Source: Cycas panzhihuaensis
Lineage: Eukaryota > Plantae > Cycadophyta
DNA length: 64,000 nucleotides
NCBI GenBank assembly: GCA_023213395.1
Contig: CM041465.1
Location: 214,341,741 to 214,405,740 of the forward strand
Direction: 5' to 3'
Shown here: positions 26,120-37,299 of the stretch, piece after piece
How the letters are laid out: each line of letters starts with the position of its first letter
Numbering within the stretch: the stretch's first letter is position 1
Position numbers and translations under genes: made by a program
The notes under the pieces: generated by a model
Told to the model about the DNA's origin: nothing
The model's database searches: none
Seen by the model: the letters and a program-made list of their open reading frames with translations, nothing else

Positions 26120-27900
26120 TAGGATATATCATATACATCCTAGATCCCCTTCATAAAAAGGGAATCATTTGTCCATAATAATACACCTGTATCCCCCTTT
26201 TTTAGGGGATGATAACATCATTAAGTATCAAGGCTATCGAGAGCTACCCTAACCTTCCTCTACCTATTATCCATGAGTATGAGATCCCTCTCCCCTTTAT
26301 ATGGTATCATGTCCTTACTATATACCCTAGCTAGTTAATGGGGTAACCCAACCACTTACTTGTAAGATGGACATCCTCCATAGATGTCACCTCTTGTTAT
26401 CTATATCCTTGAGATACGTCTCAAGGCCCCTCAGCTAGAGTAGCTAACTAACCTTATAACTTTGCCTCATGAGTAGTCAGCTATCCATATAACTCAGCCT
26501 CTCACATGGCCATATAGTCTTCTAATGCTCTATATATATATGTGGTCCCAATGGCATGTGCAAAATGTTATGTGTGTAGACCCAAAAACTCTAGATCATT
26601 AACCTACCGCATTGGTGACTCCCCTAGTCTATATATGAAAGGTAGTAGTCCATCAAAGGTCCATCTCATAAAGGCCCCATCCAATCCATCTTCATCTATA
26701 AATGATAGATAAAAAATGAGCCAATCATCTCATCATTAAAAAAGTAATCATATATTTGTAAAGCTTAATCACTTAAATTCAAAACATTAAATAAAATAAC
26801 ATGTCTACTGTCTACTACATGTGTACTTATGGATACTCCTATAGCCACTCTCAACTTTGTAATCTCCTCAACCCTTTGGTAGTCTCTCCACCAACCCTAT
26901 CCCCTTCTATATCACCTCCCTTAGTCATAAGTGGCTCATTGGCTCCACCTCCTCTTTTAAGAGATCTCTCTCCCTCCATGCTTCCACCATCATTATTCTT
27001 ATGAATTCCCTTTCCCCCACACCTTCTAGCGGAGGGGATAGTGCTCCTCAAACCATACCTATAGTTATATCTCCCTTGTCATATGACCATGGGGGTATCC
27101 CCTCATAAGGATTTATAACCCACTAATTATGAGTCATCTTATCCAATCTAGGGCTATGTGGTGTATGAGCTCATCCCTCCCCATACACATGAGCTCTCAT
27201 ATGCCACTAGTTCATGATTAAATTTATAATTATTAGCTTACTTGGTGTCCCTATTGGCTGGGTTAATGGAATATAATTATATAACTAGCACAGTAGGATA
27301 GATGTGTATGAGAATCCACCCTCACTATTTTGATGAATACAAGACAACTATTAATGCATATCATCTAATACATATCCTTCCTAATTGTATTACACTCCCA
27401 ACTCACACTTACAAACCACTCTAACCCATTGAGCTAGTAAACTCATAAAATTTTGAGTTTGTACTAATCAAAATAAGATGATCAATACAATGATCTTTCT
27501 AACCATGGGAACATATCTAGCTCATTTGAAGGCTATAACACTAACTCCATGATGTCCTATATGTCCAACCTCCCATTTATATACTAACTAACTATAGATT
27601 ACTCATCCTCCTCTATCACTCTTAGTGGAGCCACACTCTATCCTCACTAGGAGATTCCAAGAATCCTCCCTACTTCCCTCACTCTGAGCCATAAGTCTTC
27701 CAATACTCTAAATTAGAAGACATTCTCTCAAGGAACCTAATGACTAACTAAATCCTATAGGATGCATATCTCTATAACTAACTAAACTGACCTACTCAAT
27801 TATGTTAGCCTACATCAATGAAGAGTTTGTTTCTCTATCAATGTTAGTTGGTCAAGCATGGTATCTAATCCAAGCCCCTCATTCTCCCAAGTGTTAATAC
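26120..27900 (-). pseudogene. Plant Mobile Domain (PMD, aminotransferase-like; MAIN/MAIL-type) protein pseudogene with a probable intron at ~26696-26830
   Basis: Minus translation: DLVSH*VP*ENVF*F..DLWLRVREVGRILGI (~27750-27652), YN*EGYVLDDMH**L (~27390-27345), GGFSYTSILLC*LYNYIP (~27320-27267). These match the PMD motifs LVERW.PETHTF.F, TITL.DV..ILGLP, Y.WG.AVLA.LY..L and LLQ.W.YE..P in order. One frameshift; stops derivable from TGG/CAR/CGA. Confidence 0.72.
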
Positions 27901-27999
27901 AATCTAGTCTTTGCCACAAAATTCAAACAATGATATTAGTAATAAAGATAACTATTAAAATTTTTTAATCAATTTCAAACTTTTTATTAATCATATTTT

Positions 28000-28245
28000 C
28001 CAATTAAAAAATATGACCTCCATTTCAAAAACATAATCTCCCTCTAAAAAATATAACCTTCATTTGAAAAATGTGCCATCTAAAACACTCAATCTCACAT
28101 TGAAAAATACAATCAATTTAATACTAAAAATGTGACCAATTCTATTGGTCATGTTTTTCATCTATAAGATTACATTTTCTAATCTGAGATGATATTTTCT
28201 AGTTGTAAACTCATATTTTTCAAACTAAAGTTTACATTTTTGAAT
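28000..28245. repeat. Fold-back array of ~20-bp units (consensus ~CATTTGAAAAATGTGACCTC)
   Basis: About 6-7 forward units at 28001-28140, then about 5 inverted units at 28144-28245; centre AAAAATGTGACCAAT-TCT-ATTGGTCATGTTTTT. Confidence 0.75.
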
Positions 28246-28388
28246 GAGAAGCCATAAAAAAAAAAAGACTTTAAAACTCATTAAGTATCATATTTGTCAA
28301 GCCATCTCATTATCTTAGACTTCTTGCATGTCTTTGCCTAAGAAACTAATGGTTAGATTTCTCACAAACACTAAAATACATCTTTAAC

Positions 28389-30759
28389 TATTAAAACTTT
28401 GTAATGACACCTTTATTTCTTTGTATTATATGTTAATTTTATGTACATTAGGTGTATTTTATACCTTAAGGCAACCCACATTGTAAATTTAATCTTGTTC
28501 TATAATCTAGTCAGGTCTATTGTGTGTGATGTTTAGTTGGCCAATTGTATCATTAGAAATATTGATGAGTTGCTTATAAATTAAGCCTCGCATCATTCCT
28601 TTGTATATTATTTTGAAGTATATATAAAAGATCTACCTAAATTGAGCCTCACATGGTGACCAATTCACCCATACACTTTGATTATCAGTTCTGCTCTTAT
28701 TCCTTACTTGTTCATTGTATTATTCTGATAGTATAGATTGATATTTGATTAGTAGCATATGATTTCTAGATCTTGGAATGTTTTTATCATGGTATTAAAG
28801 TTGCTACCATAGAATTCATCTCTTCATCTGTATCTAGAAATCTTGTGCTACTGATAAAATATTAAGTTATACTATTAAAATAATGTAATGAACAAGAAAA
28901 CAATAAGAGAAGAACTGATAATCAAAGTGCACTGGTGAATTGATCACCACATGAGACTCAATTTAAGTAGATCTTCTACATATACTTTAAGATAATGTAC
29001 AAAATAATGATATGAGGCTTAATTTATAAGTAACATATTAATATTTCCAATGATAAAATTGTCAACTAAGTGACACATACGACAAACCTGATCAAATTAC
29101 ACAATAAGATTAAATTTACAATGTGGGTCACCTTAAGGTGAAAAATACACCTAATATACATAAAATTAGCATTTAATACAAAGAAATGAAGGTGTTATTA
29201 CAAAGTTTTAACACCCTCCCTTAATATAATCTTCATTTCTTCTGATTCTAAGGTCATGTCAAAGCCACTCAAACTTCAGTTTATTAAGTGCTTTAGTGAA
29301 GATGCCTGCAACTTGGTCCTTAGTTGGTTGATAGCTAAGATCAACTTCTCTATTTTGAACATTCTTGTAGATAAAGTGATGATGGACATTAATGTGCTTG
29401 GTTCTAGTCTGTAATACAAGATTCTTTATCATCTTCAACATACTTTGATTATCATAGTAGAGGATGATAGGTATATGTTGTTAAAGTCCAAGCATCAGTA
29501 AGAATCCTCCTAAGCCAAATCCACTTAGTTGTAGCATGGATAACTAATTTGTATTTTTCTTTAGTGGAGAAAAGGATAATATTTAGCCTCTTCTTATAGC
29601 TTCGTGAGATTACAATTGAGTTCATGTTAAAGTAATAGCCTGAAGTTTAATGGCAAGTGTCTTAGTAATCGGCCTAATCAATAATTGTGTGTCCATTTAA
29701 GATAGAGAGCTAGTTTGGTTATATTCAAAGCTAAACTGATATGTGTCAAAGATGTATTTGAGAATCTTGGTAATATATTTCCAATGGGACACTTTAGGTT
29801 ATGACATATGACTAAAGTAGATCCCAATTACATATGAGATATCTGGATGAGTGTGAGTGAGATAGATAATGCTTCTAACTAACTACTAGTATAAAGTAGG
29901 ATTGAAAGACTTTCCTTATTCATCCAAGTTTAACTTGGTTCCTATTTTTGTAGGAATTGAAGCAAGCTTGCATTTTTTCATCCAAAATCTTTGTATGATC
30001 TCATTGGTATATTTCATTTAAATAAAAAAAATGTGGCCTAGTTCCTATCAAACTTCAATTCTAAGGAAGTAATATAACAACCTAAAATTTATCATCTCAA
30101 AGTTACTTTTCAATTCTAATTGAATCTAAGATATGCTTTCAGTATCATTACTAGTGATTACAAGATTATCCACATAGAAAATAATGACTGTGATCAAGTT
30201 ATCTCTAATCCAAATATATAGGTCTAGATCAGAGGGTGAACGATTGAATCTATAATGGTTAAGGAAGGTATTAATCTTTGCATACCAAGCACATGGTATT
30301 TATTTAAGTCCATATAGGGTTTTCTTGAGATTATATACTAAGTGTTCTTATCCTAGAATAACATAGTTAGGAGTTTGCTTTAAGAAAACCTCTTATGTGA
30401 GCTCTCCATTAAGGAAAGTTGTCTTCACATCCATTTGGTAGATAGGCCATTTGAATTGGGTTGTTAAGGACATAACCAAATGAAATGTGGTCATGTTAGC
30501 CACCAATGTAAAGGTCTCATCATAATCATTCCCTTCTTATTATTTGAAACCTCTTATTATAAGACAAGTTTTTTGACACTCAACAATGCCATCTTCATGG
30601 AATTTTATTTTATATATCCATATATAATCAATTACCTTCTTTCTAGGTGGCAATTTGGTTAGCTCCCAAGTGTTGTTTTTTATAATGGAATTCATCTCTT
30701 CATCCATACCTACTACCATAATCTTGAAAGATTTTCTAGATTTTAGAAGGTTTTTATCA
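28389..30759 (+). mobile_element. Rearranged Ty1/Copia element E: gag-integrase deleted, RT-RH-PPT-partial 3' LTR inverted
   Basis: 5' LTR 28389-28789 plus PBS TGGTATTAAAG 28790-28800; inverted LTR 28833-29213 with inverted PPT 29214-29224; the last ~27 bp of the LTR reappear forward at ~30733-30759; flanks TTAAC/CTAAT fit a CTAAC TSD. Confidence 0.85.
29240..30707 (-). pseudogene. Copia RT and RNase H remnant (inverted segment of E)
   Basis: Minus strand MDEEMNSIIKNNTWEL from 30707, YQMDVKTTFLNG at ~30440, YVDNL at ~30175, ORF 29259-29441 (RTKHINVHHHF..DQVAGIFTKAL). Confidence 0.9.
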
Positions 30760-31164
30760 CTAATAGACTCTTACTTTCAACTCTCATAAATCATAACTAA
30801 ATCCTTTTTCTACCTAAAGAATAATATAAACCCTACCTCCTCAATTCATGTCCATTCTAAAGAGCTTTAATTCATCACTAAAGAACCCCCAAGTAAGTTT
30901 TTCATTAATTTTTGACTAACATCAATCCTAAACTTGCCCCTTCTTAAGTCAATGAATCTCTCATTCACTAATATGATCTCTTAGTTATGCTTTTGTAGGC
31001 CCCATTTTGGCCCAAAAATGAGCTTCTTTGAGTATGGCCTTATTATAGTTGATAAGACTTATTTTGCCTAAGCATCACATCTTACATCATCTCGACTGCC
31101 CATGTAGATTAGGTTATATTACTTACCTTCTAAAGTCTTATAATCTCACCCTAGATATATGAGT

Positions 31165-31290
31165 TGGTCATTAGAGAGGTAAAACTATGGTGATCAATTC
31201 TCTAAAAGTCAACCATTGAAGAGGCAAAACTATTTTGGGTCCTAAAGCCTTTGAAAATCAACCACTAATGAGAAACAAACTATGGCGGGT
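31165..31290 (+). repeat. Three degenerate 45-50 bp tandem units
   Basis: CA(T/C)T..GAG..AAACTAT core with AAACTAT at ~31182, 31227 and 31277. Confidence 0.4.
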
Positions 31291-32029
31291 ATACATAGGA
31301 CCTTTTTATTTCACTTGATAAATACAAATGCTAAGAAAACATAAAATATTAAAAATAAAAGATATAATAATAGTGGTTTCTTTCTAAATAGTTACTCTAG
31401 ATAGATAGGCATATGTAAGCCATGCTAGCATGACTAGTTTCACTCATTTCATTTATCTTTCTTTAATTATAACCATTCTTATCTATGTCTAAATAACACA
31501 ATGAGTATCCTAGTTAACCCAAGCTCCTAGACAACTTGGTGTTAATAAGGTTGGCAATGTTCACCATCTTACTTCATCTCATTCATAGAGCTTTGTTGTT
31601 AAGGGGATAAATGTTTAAATTAACTATGCCTTCTTCTAACATTGGCCATGTCTCTTACCTTGTTGTTTATTGTTTGACTTTGATTCCTTCATTACATGAT
31701 AATTTAGTGACTGCTAGGCATTATGATCAAATGGATTCATATTGATCATATATATGCTTGATTTATACTACTAATGATGCAAAGATCATAACTGTGTCCA
31801 TCATTTTTAAGCCTTCTCTAATAGTCCCAATCATTCTTTCTTACCTATCCATTTCATGACTTAATGAGTTATCTTTTCTCTAATAATTAATTTTATAACT
31901 TAGCCAACCCTCTATTAAAGTGAGATATTACTTTCTAACATGTTTTCTTTTAAAAACTTTCTAAGTGTTTTTCAAAATCATCACTTTCCTCCTCTTTTTA
32001 TTGATTGTGTTTTTAAAGGAATGTTGTAT

Positions 32030-32200
32030 TTTTCATGTTACTAAAAAAATATGACCACCTTCATAGAAATAAAAATATAAGCTTTATTTTGATCATGACT
32101 TTAGTATATTTTTTGTTTCTTGGTTATATTTTTTATTGTTGGTCACATTTTTTATCATTGGTTATATTTTTTATTTTTTACCATAAAAAAATATAATAAT
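32030..32200. repeat. Third cluster of AAAAAYRTGACC / GGTYAYATTTTT motifs
   Basis: AAAAAATATGACC at ~32044, then TTGGTTATATTTTT, TTGGTCACATTTTT and TTGGTTATATTTTT at ~19-bp spacing in 32120-32172. Confidence 0.65.
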
Positions 32201-32639
32201 GACTTACCATCAATTTTCACCATATGGATCTCAAATGTTATATAACCAAAACTTTCTTCTCCCATTGTTTTTACCTTTTTTTTTATATTTATTTTATATA
32301 AATAACACTTCATCCTCTCTTAGAAAACTAAGGGAATTGAAGTTAGAAGGAACAAAGATCAAGAAGAAGGATCTTAAAGATAACAAAGAACCCTCTCTTT
32401 CAACTCTTAACTAGGATCACTTGAAGATTCCTAGGAGTTGAATTTGAATCTTTTTGTTGAAGCATTTTGAGTTGTAGAGTTGAATCAAGTTATTTTTGTT
32501 CTTTTATTTTCTTCTCAAGCTTCTTCTCTCCCTCACTCGTCTCATCTCTTTTTCTAAGCCTCTTTTTCCAAGCCCTCATCCTCATATATTTACCTCACAT
32601 AGGTAACCTTGAGTTCCTTTAAGTGACTTGGCCTAAGTT

Positions 32640-34450
32640 CCTAGAACTACCCTAATAATCTTATAGGTTGTGTCCTCTATAAAAAATTGACCACTGCATA
32701 AGACATCATAAAACTCATTAAGTACTTTAATGGACTCTTGCTTCTTGAGGCATATCAATAGAATATTATTATAACTTCTTCTACATGACTATCCTTCCAT
32801 GACGACATAAGGCCTTGATCTCAATTTGAGAGATCTTCTCCTTTTCTTATCTAAACTTTTATGATAAACACTATTTTCTAAGTAAAAAATATCATTGTAG
32901 GAAAAAGGATATCAAACTAACTAATAGAATCAACCTTAACCCCTTAAGTTAAGGTTAAGTTATTTACCTCATCATGGCTTTGATCAACTTTTTTCTCCAC
33001 TTCGTAATAGCTTCTTTGCTTATGTTTTAGAGATAATTCCATGTAGTCATTGTCCTTTAATTAGATTGATAGGCTTAATTTCTAAATATACCTCCTAAAT
33101 TTTGGCCATCCACTTGACCCATCTACTTATAAGCTCTATTTAATTTAGTAATTCTTTCATTGGAGATTAAGTGACATAAGTTGTGGTGTGAATATATAGG
33201 ATGCATGGTCTAAAATCTTGCATTTGTTTCACTAAAGCATAGGCTTGCTTCTTTATAGGATTGTAGTTCAATTGATATTCTTTTAGAGATCTATTCATAA
33301 AGGATATAGGCTTCTCTCTACCCTCATCAACCTTTTGGACCAATATATCAACATAAGTAGCATCAATATAATAAGAATAAATAATAAAATCCTTATCAAA
33401 ATTAGGACTCATAAATGTTAAAGCTATTATTATACAATCCTTGACTTGATTGAATGTTGCTTTGGCTTTAGTTGTCCACTTGAAATCCACATTCTTCCTT
33501 AGTAGGGCATTAATCAAAAGGGTCACCCTTACAAAATCTGGTATGAACCTTCTAAGGAATTTTATCTTTCCAAATAAAGATTGGATACCTTTCTTGTTTG
33601 AAGGTAGAGGTAGTTCCTTTATCACCCTAAAAGTATCTAAGTTCATATATGCCATATTTCTTCACTACATACCTAATCAATTTACCTATTATGACCCCAA
33701 AAAAAGTCTTTTTATGATTTAGGGACATCCCAATTTCTGTATACCTCTAAAAACTAACTCTAAGATGCTTTATATGATCATACCTACATTTATAGAAGAC
33801 TAACATATCATCTAGGTAAACCATAATGATAACTGTAATCAAATATTTAAATGCTTAGTCCATTGCTCTTTCAAAAGTTGCTTCAACATTCATAAGACCA
33901 AATGGCATCTTCTTATTTACAAAGATGCCTTAGATAGTTGTGAAGGATATCTTGTGCAAGTCTTCCTCTACAACTAAAATTTGATTATGCTAAGAAAACT
34001 ATCTAAAAAAGACATGAACTTAGTACCTATAACTCTTTGTAAAACTTATTCCATCTAAGGCAATAGATAGTTGTCTATAATTAATGTAGCATTAAGGTTT
34101 CTAAAGTCTACACATAACTTGATATCACCATTCTTCTTTCTAACTAGAACATGGTTGGTAACCTAAGATGAAAATCTTATTGGAAAGATGATCTTAAAAT
34201 CTTTAAGTTTTTTATAATTTTCTCCCAATCAAAACGCTAATCTTGGCTTTTAGAGCCCTTTTCTTTCACCTAAATGGCTTGATTCCTTGACTCAAAGAAA
34301 TGTCATGCTATATAACCACAAGCTTGAAGCTTTTCAAGTCTTAGTATCACCATGCTAATATGTATATAAATTTTATACAAAGTTTAATCAATATTTTCTT
34401 CTCCTTATCTATATAATTGGACCTATGTATATCATTTGAGGGTCTTCATA
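32640..34450 (-). pseudogene. pol: Gypsy RT, RNase H and integrase N-terminus remnant (G)
   Basis: KMPFGLMNVEATFERAMD at ~33900, VYLDDML at ~33810, ORF 33167-33655 (IQSLFGKIKFLRRFIPDF..EKPISF), ILLICLKKQESIKVLNEF.DVLCSG at ~32700-32770. Confidence 0.88.
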
Positions 34451-34829
34451 GGTATTAAGATTAACTACAACAATTAGTTGCATAAATCTCTTTGATAATT
34501 CCTCTTGGATATCTCATTTATTTTGAACATCCTTAGCATAAAAAATGGATTATAATTTTAGTACCCTCTTAGGTATTGTATTTATTTTGGGCTAAACTAG
34601 GTTAAAATCAAGATCCATATATTCTTTTAGTTTGTCAGTATCCTAGCCTTCCTCATTGGGCAACTTTAAAGTTATAAAGTCTACCTTCCCTTATAAGAAG
34701 TCTACTATATATTCTTCACTATCAAAAACTTGCCAATATTTAACATTGTTTGGGATTAAAGGCCTACTAATTACCTCTCTAAATTACTTCTTATTCCAAG
34801 ACTGATGTAAAATATCAAGAAGAGAGGTA

Positions 34830-35200
34830 ACAACTACTAATAAGTTTACCAACCTTTTACGATCTTTTGATACATGCTTTATGCTTACAACATCAAACTA
34901 TTCAAGTATGTCCCATATTTTCTACTTGTATGCTTTAAGCTTATTGCATTTAATGAGGTAAAAGTTTTTTACTTGATTGATAATTAATTCAAAGTCTCCT
35001 TTGATCTTTAATAATTTAATTTTCAAATCAATGGTTGTTGATAACCCTAAAACTAGAGCCTCATACTCTATAGTATACTATTATTGTTAAATAATATCTT
35101 GAATGAAAATGCAAATGATTTATCATCTAGAGCTTCAATGACAATACCTACTCTTTCTTACCACTTTGATCTAGCTCCATCAAATGACATTTCCCATAAG
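34830..35200 (-). pseudogene. Additional archaeal-type RNase H (aRH) domain of G
   Basis: WEMSFDGARSK..VGIVI, then EYEALVLGL...KLLKIKGDFELIINQVK, matching the RNase HI motifs FDGA / AEYEAL..GL / GDS.L..NQV. Confidence 0.85.
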
Positions 35201-35352
35201 GTATCTTATTTTCTCAAATCTAAATAATATTATTCCTCTTATAGGGTTTATAATGGATCATCTAAGAGTAGTATAGTATAGGTTCCAAGGACACTTGGAT
35301 CAAAAGAGAAACATGATAGAAAACATGTGCTCTCAATATGATTCCCATATAT

Positions 35353-35720
35353 TTATTTAGCTATTAGAGTGATGATACCTTTCCCATAATGAAGAATAAT
35401 ATTCCCCATCCTAAGATTAGGGATTATACCAATGTTATATACCCAGTCCCTACCTAATAACATGCCATAAATTAGAGGCATGCCAAATAACATAATGGTA
35501 ATAGGTGTGGCAATATTAAGGAAGATTGCTAGGGGGGCAATGAGGTCTTTTATCTCACTAATAGTTATTATAGGTATAGTATAAAAAGCTATGACTTGTT
35601 GTGTTGGCCTCATTCCTTTTAATCCTAAAGCTTTCATGATATTATAAGGCATGATATTATGAGTAGCCTTAGTATCTATAATATAATTATGGAGCACAAA
35701 ATCATCATGAATATTTAATG
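35353..35720 (-). pseudogene. Gypsy aspartic protease remnant (G)
   Basis: LHNYIIDTKATHNIMP ... YGMLLGRDW. Confidence 0.85.
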
Positions 35721-36315
35721 AAACATAAAAGAAAAAAATAGTGTATCTTTAAGGAAAGATCATAGGAGACATCATGTTGTCATGAGATGGTACATTGGCA
35801 TAAGGATCCATTTATTGTTGTAATAATTTCATCAACTTGGATCTCTAATTAGAAAGCTTCATCACTTGCAATAGATTCATCTAATTAAGATATTTCCTCA
35901 TCTCATTCAAAATATCATATTCATTCTCCATATTCTTAACCAAAGGATTCTGATTTCCATCCCCAATTAGAACTCTAGTGATATGAGGAACTTAGGATGA
36001 ATGTTATCCCAATTTTCCTTTTCTAGCCTTTTAGCAATATCAATAACAACAACATTCTATCCAATAGCATTTTGATCTTATTATCTTACTTATTCTCTTG
36101 TTAACATAGTCAAATCTATAATAGAAGTTTATATCTCTATTATGCCATCAAATAAAGTCATTATGGTCCTAAATATTTCACAACTAAATGGTGAAGCTTT
36201 ATCTTGATTATTCCCATAAATAAATAAATGCCTAAGCTAGATGTTCTACCCATTCATGCCCATAACATTGAAATTATGATCAATGCCAAAGCAGGTAGAC
36301 TTTTCCTATAGTTTA

Positions 36316-37220
36316 TGTTGGGACATATTTTGACATATAGACTTTGAGGAAGATGGAATATAAACTTGTATTGACTAAAGAAATGTAGGTACAGACCATA
36401 TAGAGGTACCCATAGTGGAAAAAGGTGGAAAATATGCAATCTGGGTACGTATGACAGATACATACTTGGTTATGTACCTTTTGGGTATGCAATACATGAT
36501 GCATATTATTTTTGGTACACTTGCAGACAACAAGATACATATGGATAGATCTGACCTAAAGGCACCCAAAAATGATGACATCAGCCCAAAAGGACATATA
36601 AATGGATGTATGGATCAGAAAAGACACCATTAAGGAGACTTAATCAAGTGTTAAAGTGAAAGGGTACCTTGGTGACAAAAGGTATGGTTATGACTTTGGG
36701 TCATAACCTTTCACCCAAAAGGCATGAAAGGGACATATTTAATGATGCTTTGAGGACCATTCTAGTGGGAGAACTAAATGATTCAATTCTATAGTATATT
36801 CTCGAGGGTGAGAGCCAAGTATTCTAGCACACATTGGTACGGAGACTAGTATGCATGACAGCAGCCTAAGGTATGTATATTGATGGGTACCTCTTGGGTA
36901 CGCATGTGACATAATTAGTGTATGTGACTAGAATGCATAGGGAACACATTCCAACACCTTATGTATAGAAACTTATTAGTTAATAAGAGAAGAGTTGCAT
37001 GAAAATTGTGGATTCTCCATGTTTGTAAATATTGAATGTGGAATATGTGCCGATCCTTGTATTATTATGTGCCATTATGTTGTAATCATGTAGAAATGTT
37101 AATAAATCTATGTGATCTATATGGATGATTATGTTGATTGTGTCCTAAACTAGACTACAACTTGTGTTACCTTGACAAGTGTATTGATCTCGTAAGGGGT
37201 GTGAAATCTTTAATTCAACA
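36316..37220 (+). repeat. 5' LTR of H
   Basis: Direct repeat of 41419-42323. Confidence 0.94.
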
Positions 37221-37221
37221 T

Positions 37222-37234
37222 TGGTTCCGTTGCC
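37222..37234 (+). promoter_or_regulatory. PBS of H, best fit tRNA-Glu 3' end
   Basis: TGGTTCCGTTGCC, 1 nt after the LTR; tRNA assignment is inference. Confidence 0.65.
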
Positions 37235-37299
37235 TACGTCCATTGAGGAGGGACGGGGCCTAAGAGTTTCACAAGGAGGAATGCATAAAGGACAGAGGA

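Noticed and set aside
26016-26217. Small LTR bounded by PPT-like AAAAAGGGGGCA-TG and GGGGATGATAACA
   Set aside because: No second copy or TSD, and the right part overlaps the apparent end of the PMD reading frame.
26801-27051. Pro/Ser-rich ORF 26801-27004 (+) and Gly-rich ORF 26851-27051 (-)
   Set aside because: They fall within the decayed PMD gene region and are best explained as antisense or partial readings of it, not independent genes.
28000-28245. CRISPR-like interpretation of the short repeat arrays
   Set aside because: No unique spacers, units too short and degenerate, no cas genes, eukaryotic TE context.
36254-36633. Overlapping short ORFs here and at 41281-42052
   Set aside because: They lie within or across the H LTRs; their recurrence reflects LTR duplication.
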